A stretch of 64,000 bases of DNA from a virus (Duplodnaviria; Heunggongvirae; Uroviricota; Caudoviricetes), in IMG/VR virus record IMGVR_UViG_3300012983_000032, positions 93,793 through 157,792 of that record; one strand, given 5' to 3'. Below are positions 52,201 through 58,440 of this stretch, one piece after another. The position numbers and the translations under genes are program-made. Under the pieces are notes generated by a model, which searched no databases, was not told where the DNA came from, and worked only from the letters and a program-made list of their open reading frames with translations. Position 1 is the stretch's first letter. Each line of letters begins with the position of its first letter.

Positions 52201-55200
52201 TTTAGTTATTGCCATGAACATATCTCTAACAAATTTGAGACATACAATTTTATTACTTTCTTCAATTACATTTCCATCATAAGAAATTTCTATCTTTAAC
52301 TTATTTTCCAATGGGCTGTCAGTAAGTGCATATGCAGAAATTAAACTATCCCCAACTCCTAACTCTACAATTGCCTTATCGAAGAAATCTTTATCGTCAT
52401 TAGGTGCAATCAAATTATTTGGAGTAGACAAGTCAATAGTTGCTTTAAATGGTAATGTATTTTTATAATATATAAATTCCCTATTAACAGCAGGTTTATT
52501 AAAACTGTCTTGTGTAAGGGATTTAGAAATCTTTACATTCTTTAATGTAGGTGGGTCGTAAATAACTGTATTATCATTTACGAAGTCAATATTATTTTTA
52601 GGGTAATTAGTAACTTTATATGAGCCACCTTCGTCGTCAAATGAGAATATTGTAGGTAAGAAGTTATCTACAGAAATAGCGAAGTTTACTCTTTCTGCAG
52701 TATTTTCAGGCTGACCAATATATGAGGCATAAAGTTTACCGTCTTCTGTAATACCCTTTATAGTATAGTCAATGTTCAAATAATTACTAAATAATATAGG
52801 CTCTAATGCCTTATTGTAAATAGAACGTAAATCAATTTTTTCTACTTTCAAGAGTCTGTCACCTACGTCTATTTTTTCTACATTGAATGGAATATCTTCA
52901 AGTGCAGATAAAGTAGGAGTAGTAGTAATCTTAGAATTATCACTATCCAAGGACTCTTTAAGTTGATAAACACAAACTGTGTTTAATACATTCTTAAAGT
53001 ATTTCTGTTCATTAAACTTAATTGCAAATTTTTCAAGTTTGTCACCAAAGTTAGGATTATCTACATTCTGATTAAAATTATTTGAGTCTACACCGTTCTT
53101 ACGACTATACATATAGAATGCTTCATTATCTTGGTCATAGTAAATAGAACCGTGAGTAATTTCAAATGTACAAGGTTTATCATAATTAATAGTACCATTG
53201 TCGTTGTAACTATACCCTTCACCAATAAACTTAGGGTCAACAGTAAACTTAAAGTCATATGAACCTTCAGTAATGAAACGTCTTGGTAAAGTAAAGTTTG
53301 AGTTAGCTGCATCAATTTTGTTAGTAATACTTACCTTACTAGTATCAATATAAACTGGCCACTGCTTACCATTTTCGTCAGTATTTTTATATGCAAGAAT
53401 AGTGTCACCAATTGCAGCTGCAAACTCTGTGTCAAGGGTATTTCCATACTTTTTCATAGGGATAGAAAGACCCATCATACAATTTCTGTTAAGTTTATAA
53501 AGTTGCCATTTGTAAGCCTTTTCTGTTCCAACTGCATCGTCACATCTACCAACATTAAGTAAACAAATTGAATCACCTACATCAATCTTAATACCATACT
53601 TTTCAAAGTACTTTCTATATTTCTCACCACCAACATATGTGAAGAAAGGAATATATCCAGTATACAAACTTCCTCCGTCTGAAGTCATTAAGTGAGTATT
53701 AGTATTTTCAGTTAAAGTCATTAAAGGTTTTTTAATAATTTTACCGTCAACAGTAATAATGTCACGAAGTAAAAAAACATCATTTATGTTATTTACAGTT
53801 GTAGTAGCATCTCCTGCTACTACTTCTGTAGGTCCAACACCATTATTGTTCAAATATGAGTAATAATTCAAACTTAACAAGTTTGAAGTAGGCATACCTG
53901 TGTCTACTCTAATAAGATATTGGAGAAGTCTTTCAAATAGGTTAATACCCTCTTCTGGGATTTCAAAAGATTCAGGTACGTCTTTCTCTAATATACCAAG
54001 GTAGTCTGCCAATTCGTTATTAGACATATTACTTGAATTTGCAGAGATAGGAGGATAGTTAGTATTACTTGTTACATACCCTTTAATCCCATTAGGCATA
54101 ATAAAGTCTAAACCATCTCCTAACAATCCACAGAATTGGAACTTCTTTAAGAACCAAGACTCATCATATTTTATAAGAGTATCACCTTTTTCAAAAGTCA
54201 ATGATATTTTATCAGTAAGAGGCTGATTATTTTCGTCTACATAAGGTTTAAGTTCATTTAATACAGAAGTTTCTGTAATAGTACAAATCCTGTTACCTGT
54301 TACCTTAGGTAAAGAAATCTTACTTTCCTCATCCTTAGAAATAGTAATCCCTCTAAGGAAAGAAATATTACTATTGTTTAATCCTACCATGCTTGCAGTA
54401 GGTCTTTCACTATCACCTTCAAAATACCAAGAGTCAGCCTTATAGTTCAAAGGTTCCAAAAGATTTACACCACTCATATCAGAACCTAAAATCTGGATTC
54501 TGCAGTCGTCTGATAAGTCAGTACCTGTGTTATCAAAATATTTCAATAATCCTTGGAAAGCCTGTTTATAGAACGAAACGTTTGTAATAGTAAGTAATCC
54601 TGAACCTGTTTCCTTATTAGAGTACCTTGCTACAGTGTCATATTCTCCAAGAGGAATTTCCATAATAGGGTTTTCAATATTTTTAAAATAGTCAGAGTTT
54701 ATATCTTCCTGATTAGTTTCAAATGTCTGACCATATACAGTTACCCTTCTAAGTTCCCCACCCTCTTTATAGAACTCAGAGTTGTCGTCATAACCGTAGT
54801 GGGTTATATTACCATTTTTATCTTTAATATCCTTTGGATATTTATAGTCATCATAAACACTTACACCCCAAATATTAGGATATGTAACATCATCAATATT
54901 CTTAAACCATCTACTTCTTCCTGCACCACCAGTACCAATCTGTGCATAAACAGGAATAGTAAGTTCGTCACTTGAATCACTTACTTCTGGCCATTGGTGA
55001 AGACCGTTAATATTCATAGTTATAAACCTTACACGAGTATTAGGGTCAGTATATTTCTGACCACTTATAAGAGTATAATAACCAGAAGTGTCAGTTTCCA
55101 TCATAAGGTTTGTACCAACATTTACTTTATCAGTAGCTTTAGAAGAGTATTCAAGAGAGTTATTAACATAGTCAAGCCAATCTACACTCATCAATGTTGG

Positions 55201-58200
55201 GCTAATACCCTGAATAGATGGGTAGTTAAGAAGTTTATTCAAGTTAAACTCTACAAAAAGTTCATTGTTAAACTTAATATCAGAAGGCATTAACAATTTT
55301 GTAACATTACCTTTCTTGGAATTTTTATAGAGGTCTGCATAAACTTCTTCCATAATAATGGTAAATGTATCTTTATTTACCTTAATCTTTTCACCATTAC
55401 TATCTAATTCATATTTTCCGTTTTCATCAGTCTTGAATGTACCTTGTACATTATGCAAGTCAAACAATGAGATATCTACTAAACTATCGAGAATTGCCTC
55501 TGAAACATTTGGCCACTGTGGAGAAGGATAAAGTCCCTGCTTAAAAGGATTAAACTCCTCATAAAGACCGTTATTATAAAGGTCTTGCTGATAAAGGTCT
55601 ATATCGTCTGTAGTGTCGTTAATAGTTATATTTGTTTTAACAAGATAATTAAGTACAAATGTACCTGATTGAATTAAGTTTGTACTAACAGTAACATATC
55701 CATCACCAACACTTGTAATAAATACGTCTTCATCGTCTGAGTCAATTGTAGGACCAGTAACAATGTCACCAACTGAAAGGGTTTTAGACATTTCTTTTGC
55801 CATATCAGACTCAAAAGATATAAGATTTTCTTTACCTTCTACTGAACTATCAATAACAGACTCAATCTGTACAGTTTCTCTATCATAGTCAAAACAAACA
55901 ATATTTGAAGGAACATAACTAACAACACTATCCCTAAATTTCCTTGTAGTATTACTATAAAGTTGGGAACTTAAATTACCTTCTTGAACACGCTGTTTAT
56001 AGAACTCTTTTACAGCAGGAAAGTAATTCTGTCCTACTTTCTGTATCTGAATATCGTCAGATTCTATAACTACACCGTCGCTAATAATAGAAATAACGTT
56101 AATATCTCCGAAAGAAATACTATTAATAAATCCTAATGGTAATGTAGTATATTCATAATATGCACCTTGAACGTTTCCAGAAACTAATAAAATCTGTACT
56201 ACTTCACACTCATTATTTATATCAGAATATTCTATGTCTTCTTCTACGTGATAAATATGACTTCTATTTGCAGTCATATCTTCTAATTTTGCCTCTAATT
56301 CAAACTTCTCTTTAGCCGCATTTATATATCCCTCATAAGGAAGACCAGAGTTTTCAAAAATTGCAATTGCGTCTTTATCACCTGCTAAGTATTTTCTTGC
56401 ATTTTCTCTTTCAAAGGAATAAGAAGTCTCTGCTTTAGTAAGAGTTTCTTCTAATGAAGCCATATCACTTAAAAGGTTAGTATATTCTTTACCGTATACT
56501 ACAGATAACAAGTTTTCATTTTTTACGTTAGGTATTGCACCAATACTGAAATTAACTCTATTAACTACGAATGCAGAGTTTTCAATTTCTTCTAGGATAT
56601 CAATTCCACCTAAGAGAACTACTTTCTTACCCTTATTTGTCTTAATTACAATACCATATCTTTCGTCTTCTTTAATAAACTGAGTATGGTTATCAGTAGT
56701 TAGAGTTCTAGTCTTCTCTTCTTCGGTAGGTATAATTGAAATTTTACCTTTTGTAAATCCTACTACCTCGGCAGCTTCATTTACTACAATTGTCTTATCA
56801 AGACGTACCTTATCAGTAGTAACAATATTTCCCTCTTTAATAGGGCTATTTTCCCATTCAATACCTGAACCATATCCTACGTCCTTAGTATAGGTAGGCA
56901 TATCTGGGTATAAATTTAATGTATTTGAAGGAGATAAAAATAAAGTATCACAATATGTAGGATTAACAGTTGCCGAAACTTTACCAAGGAAATCCAAATC
57001 ATTGAAGTAAGTAGAACTATATATTTCCTGCATGATAGGAGACTTATAAAGTATATCAACAGAGTTGGATATTGCAATATCTTTAATATTTTCACGAGAT
57101 AATGTATCTTCAAATGAAGGATATATATAAAGGTCTGTATAGGTTGCCTTTTGTTGACTTGTAACATTAAATGAGTGATGCTCAACATCAATAAAAGACT
57201 CTTCCTTTATCTTTCCATCTTCAAAAGTATAAGAATAACAAGGTAAATTAAGATTAACTTCTGTAACAAATGAAACTTCTCCACCAATGTCACACTGTAA
57301 TCCATTTCTAATATTTGAAGTCTTTGTTTCAATATCAGACATTGCTGGATATTCACATACAGTATATTCATTAAATGGCACAACTAAACCAAAGATTCTG
57401 ATATTTTTATCAGGTCTTGTATACTTTGAAGAAGAACCGTCATAGTCAATAAGTCTTAACTTCTTGTAATAATTTTTTGAGAATGTATCAATTTTACGAT
57501 TATGTTGTCTAATATATTTTATATAGTCTTCACTGTTAAGGTTCTGTGAGTTTTCAATATTCCACTGACTCAACTTATCAAGACTCAAAGAAACTTCAAG
57601 TTGTTCCTTTGCAGTATTTTTATCTATCTGCCTTAATGGAAGATATGTTGCAACAGGGAAAACAGTTACAGTATACAACAATTCATTTGCTAACATACGA
57701 TAACCGAACTTAGAACCATAAAGTTTTTTACGATATGCCTCATTACGCAAGTTTCTAATTTTACACATTGCAGCTTCTCTAAGGGCTTCTTCTTTTTCAA
57801 GTCCCAAAGAAGAAACCAACTTATCAAAGAACAAGTTGTTTGGTTCGTAGTCTATAATTGCTGCTGCCTGTGAAATAAAGTCATTAAACTCATTATCAGT
57901 AAGAAGTTTTGTATAGTCAGGGTGGTCAGGATAAACAGTACCCAAATATCTGTATCCTTCGTGTAAAAGAAAGTCAAACTCTGGTAAAAGTACACCATAT
58001 TCTTCAAGTCTGTGATATTTTGTTTCTACTGAGTCCTTAATATCCTTAGGTAAAGGACCATACTCTTCTGCCAATTTACCATTTACCATTTTATAATAAA
58101 CGGCTTCATTATCTATGTCCCTTTTATACTCAATTGAGTCAGTTTCACTATTGTATTCTTCTGTAAGATAAGGTAAATCATATTCTACCTTCGTATATCC

Positions 58201-58359
58201 TAAAATCCACTGCCAAATAGAAGGCACAATTTCCCCATTCTTAAATGTTGTCTGCATAACAGAGTTAAGGGCATCAAACATATCATATGGTGGGATTTCA
58301 TTTGTGATATGAACACGTTTTTCTAAATTAAATTCTGATTCACTAGTATACTGACTCAT
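40264..58359 (-). CDS. Giant 6031-aa baseplate/tail-fibre protein
   Basis: Uninterrupted 18-kb ORF directly downstream of the baseplate wedge. N-terminal KIRNLRNEAYRKKLYGSKFGY (P2 gpI/gp7-like), YAQIGTGG and C-terminal VTELGLFNKNHELIAYATFPP (tail-collar-like), Asp-box YSNDGGNSF. Confidence 0.75.
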   Translation of the reverse strand: MSQYTSESEFNLEKRVHITNEIPPYDMFDALNSVMQTTFKNGEIVPSIWQWILGYTKVEYDLPYLTEEYNSETDSIEYKRDIDNEAVYYKMVNGKLAEEYGPLPKDIKDSVETKYHRLEEYGVLLPEFDFLLHEGYRYLGTVYPDHPDYTKLLTDNEFNDFISQAAAIIDYEPNNLFFDKLVSSLGLEKEEALREAAMCKIRNLRNEAYRKKLYGSKFGYRMLANELLYTVTVFPVATYLPLRQIDKNTAKEQLEVSLSLDKLSQWNIENSQNLNSEDYIKYIRQHNRKIDTFSKNYYKKLRLIDYDGSSSKYTRPDKNIRIFGLVVPFNEYTVCEYPAMSDIETKTSNIRNGLQCDIGGEVSFVTEVNLNLPCYSYTFEDGKIKEESFIDVEHHSFNVTSQQKATYTDLYIYPSFEDTLSRENIKDIAISNSVDILYKSPIMQEIYSSTYFNDLDFLGKVSATVNPTYCDTLFLSPSNTLNLYPDMPTYTKDVGYGSGIEWENSPIKEGNIVTTDKVRLDKTIVVNEAAEVVGFTKGKISIIPTEEEKTRTLTTDNHTQFIKEDERYGIVIKTNKGKKVVLLGGIDILEEIENSAFVVNRVNFSIGAIPNVKNENLLSVVYGKEYTNLLSDMASLEETLTKAETSYSFERENARKYLAGDKDAIAIFENSGLPYEGYINAAKEKFELEAKLEDMTANRSHIYHVEEDIEYSDINNECEVVQILLVSGNVQGAYYEYTTLPLGFINSISFGDINVISIISDGVVIESDDIQIQKVGQNYFPAVKEFYKQRVQEGNLSSQLYSNTTRKFRDSVVSYVPSNIVCFDYDRETVQIESVIDSSVEGKENLISFESDMAKEMSKTLSVGDIVTGPTIDSDDEDVFITSVGDGYVTVSTNLIQSGTFVLNYLVKTNITINDTTDDIDLYQQDLYNNGLYEEFNPFKQGLYPSPQWPNVSEAILDSLVDISLFDLHNVQGTFKTDENGKYELDSNGEKIKVNKDTFTIIMEEVYADLYKNSKKGNVTKLLMPSDIKFNNELFVEFNLNKLLNYPSIQGISPTLMSVDWLDYVNNSLEYSSKATDKVNVGTNLMMETDTSGYYTLISGQKYTDPNTRVRFITMNINGLHQWPEVSDSSDELTIPVYAQIGTGGAGRSRWFKNIDDVTYPNIWGVSVYDDYKYPKDIKDKNGNITHYGYDDNSEFYKEGGELRRVTVYGQTFETNQEDINSDYFKNIENPIMEIPLGEYDTVARYSNKETGSGLLTITNVSFYKQAFQGLLKYFDNTGTDLSDDCRIQILGSDMSGVNLLEPLNYKADSWYFEGDSERPTASMVGLNNSNISFLRGITISKDEESKISLPKVTGNRICTITETSVLNELKPYVDENNQPLTDKISLTFEKGDTLIKYDESWFLKKFQFCGLLGDGLDFIMPNGIKGYVTSNTNYPPISANSSNMSNNELADYLGILEKDVPESFEIPEEGINLFERLLQYLIRVDTGMPTSNLLSLNYYSYLNNNGVGPTEVVAGDATTTVNNINDVFLLRDIITVDGKIIKKPLMTLTENTNTHLMTSDGGSLYTGYIPFFTYVGGEKYRKYFEKYGIKIDVGDSICLLNVGRCDDAVGTEKAYKWQLYKLNRNCMMGLSIPMKKYGNTLDTEFAAAIGDTILAYKNTDENGKQWPVYIDTSKVSITNKIDAANSNFTLPRRFITEGSYDFKFTVDPKFIGEGYSYNDNGTINYDKPCTFEITHGSIYYDQDNEAFYMYSRKNGVDSNNFNQNVDNPNFGDKLEKFAIKFNEQKYFKNVLNTVCVYQLKESLDSDNSKITTTPTLSALEDIPFNVEKIDVGDRLLKVEKIDLRSIYNKALEPILFSNYLNIDYTIKGITEDGKLYASYIGQPENTAERVNFAISVDNFLPTIFSFDDEGGSYKVTNYPKNNIDFVNDNTVIYDPPTLKNVKISKSLTQDSFNKPAVNREFIYYKNTLPFKATIDLSTPNNLIAPNDDKDFFDKAIVELGVGDSLISAYALTDSPLENKLKIEISYDGNVIEESNKIVCLKFVRDMFMAITKDGIAYYNYNCDIGSIGNTIDCSRAILSTSRNNDNLTESQEVFSLDFDYDNDTWLVEVKEGTDINSVTSSIYGFTTEETPSEISGILYMSPMFTDEAGIITYTITNEEGSDPVRTPLAAYGSDFNSNTDEKIEIGSDKVDAVKDIEQFVDFQNSVISGIAGETYTTNIEDVRQVESELNLVFTKDVALRRGTLKLNTEESLPATNTTKKYDFYEVEEPLSCGPYLTDTMELKFVGNRLNISDTINSRALVASDTIGNYQLYAKGRDFFIKSPTAIVEKLENPDGTFEYGYNGRVTGESYWKYAKAPIFSNREETIYRSMDVEILSSFAEDIGTAMKEYLDSLSTSSSGILVNGVKINSSASQAITNIKNWLGIYTNTATFDQFKEIIGQAVSTVEGQNLNTTTLNTSYGFRITYTHTSTNWSIKLYFPRIGFVERNIPDKLYTAGVCKKKMAMIKDGLTYELDVPLKPDYTDFNYEAAYGDYVYILSKIFGYTLDDDLNMSSNINKAQFTDNNLFMLDEQGFLYRVGLEKLTKRDDIENLNNWTVGSYPDNFIYTYVDDTIKTNFYFIYADNNSENVISVPQTIYKRLNSIFKPVCSYIREDLIILGGYTLSRDKIKSDYEKAVGEEHVNQEYLNSLFENSEYENLTTPTVLYSNDGGNSFRKANLPSLGESVSLSYYITSIRFLNNKYYFYCSTPGEEVFNNSGYILNINDNGLYDFENNIEIKTLTDEDKEYGISEQFDIDSSVGMRGRTILSASVSNNNLTTSTAPSAKYRLYVTKNASYFHLASSQAITTKDIVVTDKGLDFVSLSGGLFPTGDGKVDVLISFRTEADITDQYKYLNTDNINKYINDWGDLKVAEVVEVDGKQYANRFYSYRELLTEEEKRNEPFGYPAYSEDEDKLYYTYTEIELNEDEIIESAEGEEPITTITKVDYMTNQFDSEIKLCDASGNYMFVGHNYNTASNFATRVKSENSFEIYDSAYNTKYSSLVDAEKDPVARKEDKVMMSLIGVQKVKVDYFNTDREFPRVIINLNNTANTITHLRDLLFTDDKEFAEYLNSTVAEGVSENTISTVTYNDGEEDKTKYSKLNYNGTEYWYNNQEGFFPIRNKRFISSKVYMPYTHGGEIIRFTNTPLDNIYKEDSEIDLPITGVFLSNYGYGGTRNNTDMWKYELPWQKDPAAFEKDFVKNVNGDHIYLTDAIGNEITSYNSEMFIENGDRTGVSREVFGGKFKKDVILSGNNNDKEKTPWEVHTEFTACEFVEPQVFAAYDIDSTGEQSPIIIYNGEEITEPLTFTEPFFVYKNGRNLYNDLDSLDETGRKFNVEFRMSKTMANTVYTAYVDANDWITINENTLSFVNRIDKFLGTAINGNLFNFESNGTIFKGGEILGFKVSYSYRDVMYEKEFLLSWSPSINDIMPSPSIEFRNATCPIVVRKYDFTESRANLENNVDVTGKYVYTGFNFNTMQDDNSEVLDVIFKPIGWEYDEDASEDNYMGSKDLVCNNPNAYNISGPLIFNQGGERANGGEGLVDAVSFLISRNSISAYETRLLNVNIDVFNFEVAIPVVDLGKITTVYYNDWDIKKRAVGQEEARTREFAVFIGDERFDDKYDFELIPSHIDSTDPYFNNLAECRMVDRNFIFDKKVLEENTETANNRDKFRIRSWQAYNTITVSNCGNDSSMDYHIIKFPIGLFDTYIGKFIGNGVPGFEGWSVKYNGVDVTSSFLYTFENNLPYLTSKPHVFDKDGDIFKYSKETDNTLVLKVNYDYYEDTMTINVKWDEFYSSPRLVNVTPFVLKNIPNEKNGYTEIGPYLINEEITYNTTIRENGFLEDDDSRLMGTEVPLTFELQQSLLPDYQNSQILLDAFSSIINGEFDTYNELNTKIKNIKFNYDSLADTWDGVMEDFGTAAKLILGPMNDEEEDTEFINNFKTNLDNKTISSAVEGVAKLNDTIDKYTVLNLYDLLGSLKEELSKLHTDVDSNLANDWMSSNYKDIPIAVDTVYKFINQGLPDSFDYNGSSDFKRYQEESKFNLANFSDTIDTQLTGTSWSNDEYGLSLSNQAKVYTEDTIASIINTNITTPLAEDKNFLKMSGVTITAGLVNAATVSTLSSTINSRYNSVFTSQVNSLNTYIRNLFSSWINTANNNRLYGRFKPEFSISTQPTELVSSMLFTHDDNVKFTSMASLKSAFDTYNGITNSPLWATFTNRKLVSKTERTNYLYNWFDTKANNTESCKSDLVNYYNYTNITNQDSLDQIQADIIAVQKVSGSYKNWLDTLAGLEAALSDYNNKSNISYTEKSSSMSEANVSTTFKDVLNNTSSVHVYKQPSNGSKTTCNETSENIVARLSECNSRLEYANNSINLLTSDYNNLTQGRRYWQQTFGNYGDIYSSILIPIAKGFYQGVNTHSNESWASDSQLDSTLRNDLSNNPLEFANTFYSEKTHFNNLIYYRDDLKSEKDKYDSKDSCDIYDSTSGTSIKINTIKDSQYYNYKASSFSISDYNSTLRSYKTSLNNYLSELNSVFNADTDKTYYNRGTWSGAYAGEDCTDCWTYRAKVYEKSISCINGINDYIGYTNNILSTLNSRVTSARDSFNRAKVYLKNARDRLSSLIGGLYSYDKDRTVSRMSSFDEINGTYETKSYTVYERTVPYDTIPISTYKATTAYRSLSSDYTSYSWHTGIWGGKYATSDNSRWWSADWYGKSSSSSNNNSNLDDYRLMCKSIVSTAVSIIDNILKDGIDAFVDVDTANSLVSDVNNRLLNVQNSINEYYVSGFYPSYKYNYVYVGRNYLYNLYYRMVNGNDVNFYNNIKPISDNFKLAWDTVENHSSEYIRNIGNGIARVNVGYGTSGNSLSATTAEDYGIVGLNKPSSILESVRKLYVSAWRVWNGNDNYREYSDVVISRVNSALSIWTIQKQNVESDISHWNSVKTAMQTTLNNIYPLENMLNCRTSLLSSDFSLISKNDYDLKSKLNRTLQRYKNLRTIYNDSFPSKSGLVADANVIYYRDTSVRNSSIPNIYSYISNYVDSKNVVQIHSMYNNIINDSYGSGNTLNTGSTTVGTIRDLISNTKDAYNLMFNWAATAEGVGYNKVISEYNSKLQHNVEMNAFINKIKSDLTTTNLGEDVNNNRFSKSAFNYLKDTLIDTKYISDKVPVTDVQNSIKRYTDKTKVLYSEIYKLIWHSDDVNYDGVNGNWVSSTNLDSSFGYFFRILQVVKQYYDVGIAFVNLREDKKFAFNIKDVMDSQIKGIVMSYHEDCRVMKENEDPNVRWQGYIGDIFTSCLYRLYKQNYAHALNQTDYPLDSNMNTDYIRAMYVLNNDGGEQNSQILSLPYNARFAVHNDTDYIDFDDISQFNITPNLNVTDKTLKRVGSYSLTADGTYVMSQVVSSLDTNANPLSKELTRCGAKNNIITIETGKTYKPETDTNEDAAYIVMPTSITSNLKLPLFIYDKSAPVDDRILRPIKSIVGKFKWYLDTDGEPFVLYNGVDKVEFNVIRLDINLDEYTYISGVEGPVMLRKPKYNSFYNLIQSEGYVIVGDTLVSTAPLKEEKVSKDNPLDTTKSLVNFSLKNDKNTAIQLVNRITSSKEDLNDGEKHYIRIKVLTQSTILAESTTCNEPDNFEEINLNDFNKFTPDRVWFNELGYPLPPLQIGNDIFNSENNYAFTKEDFKNNNGFSIYRCNEDGKIIGYSKLESKNIGLIKEENCDGGVIRKSTGIISKGAVSFVLDGTIDLENAHVPNKPKYVSCKEWFKNGFYVQDHESNPFWQVLRISSTYNSSKEGWKQYHEVLEYQRSTNSMELVPVEKDDRYINIDSTVVYKKSGNTSGNIDIMYSDEYVDLKNGKINFTMLRPADKYRTSDIIIKYGITAKNTFSVGVNNLLEKSPNVIWDGAGYRVAAFAELNYTVNSTMALENKIDKSADIVGVTELGLFNKNHELIAYATFPPIEFHTDTQHASFTCYIKNGNLAPLGEDETTEKSEMANMILEDNPENTESQEG

Positions 58360-58440
58360 TATAAAATTCCTATAATAATAAAATTGGTTTTATTATTTAG
58401 TAGGAATCTTATAATCTCTAAATTTTATATAAATTAAGGA

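Noticed and set aside
41000..57191. Short ORFs nested in or antisense to the 6031-aa gene (and similar ones within terL, portal and others)
   Set aside because: No recognisable motifs or SDs; typical antisense or off-frame shadows of long AT-rich genes.
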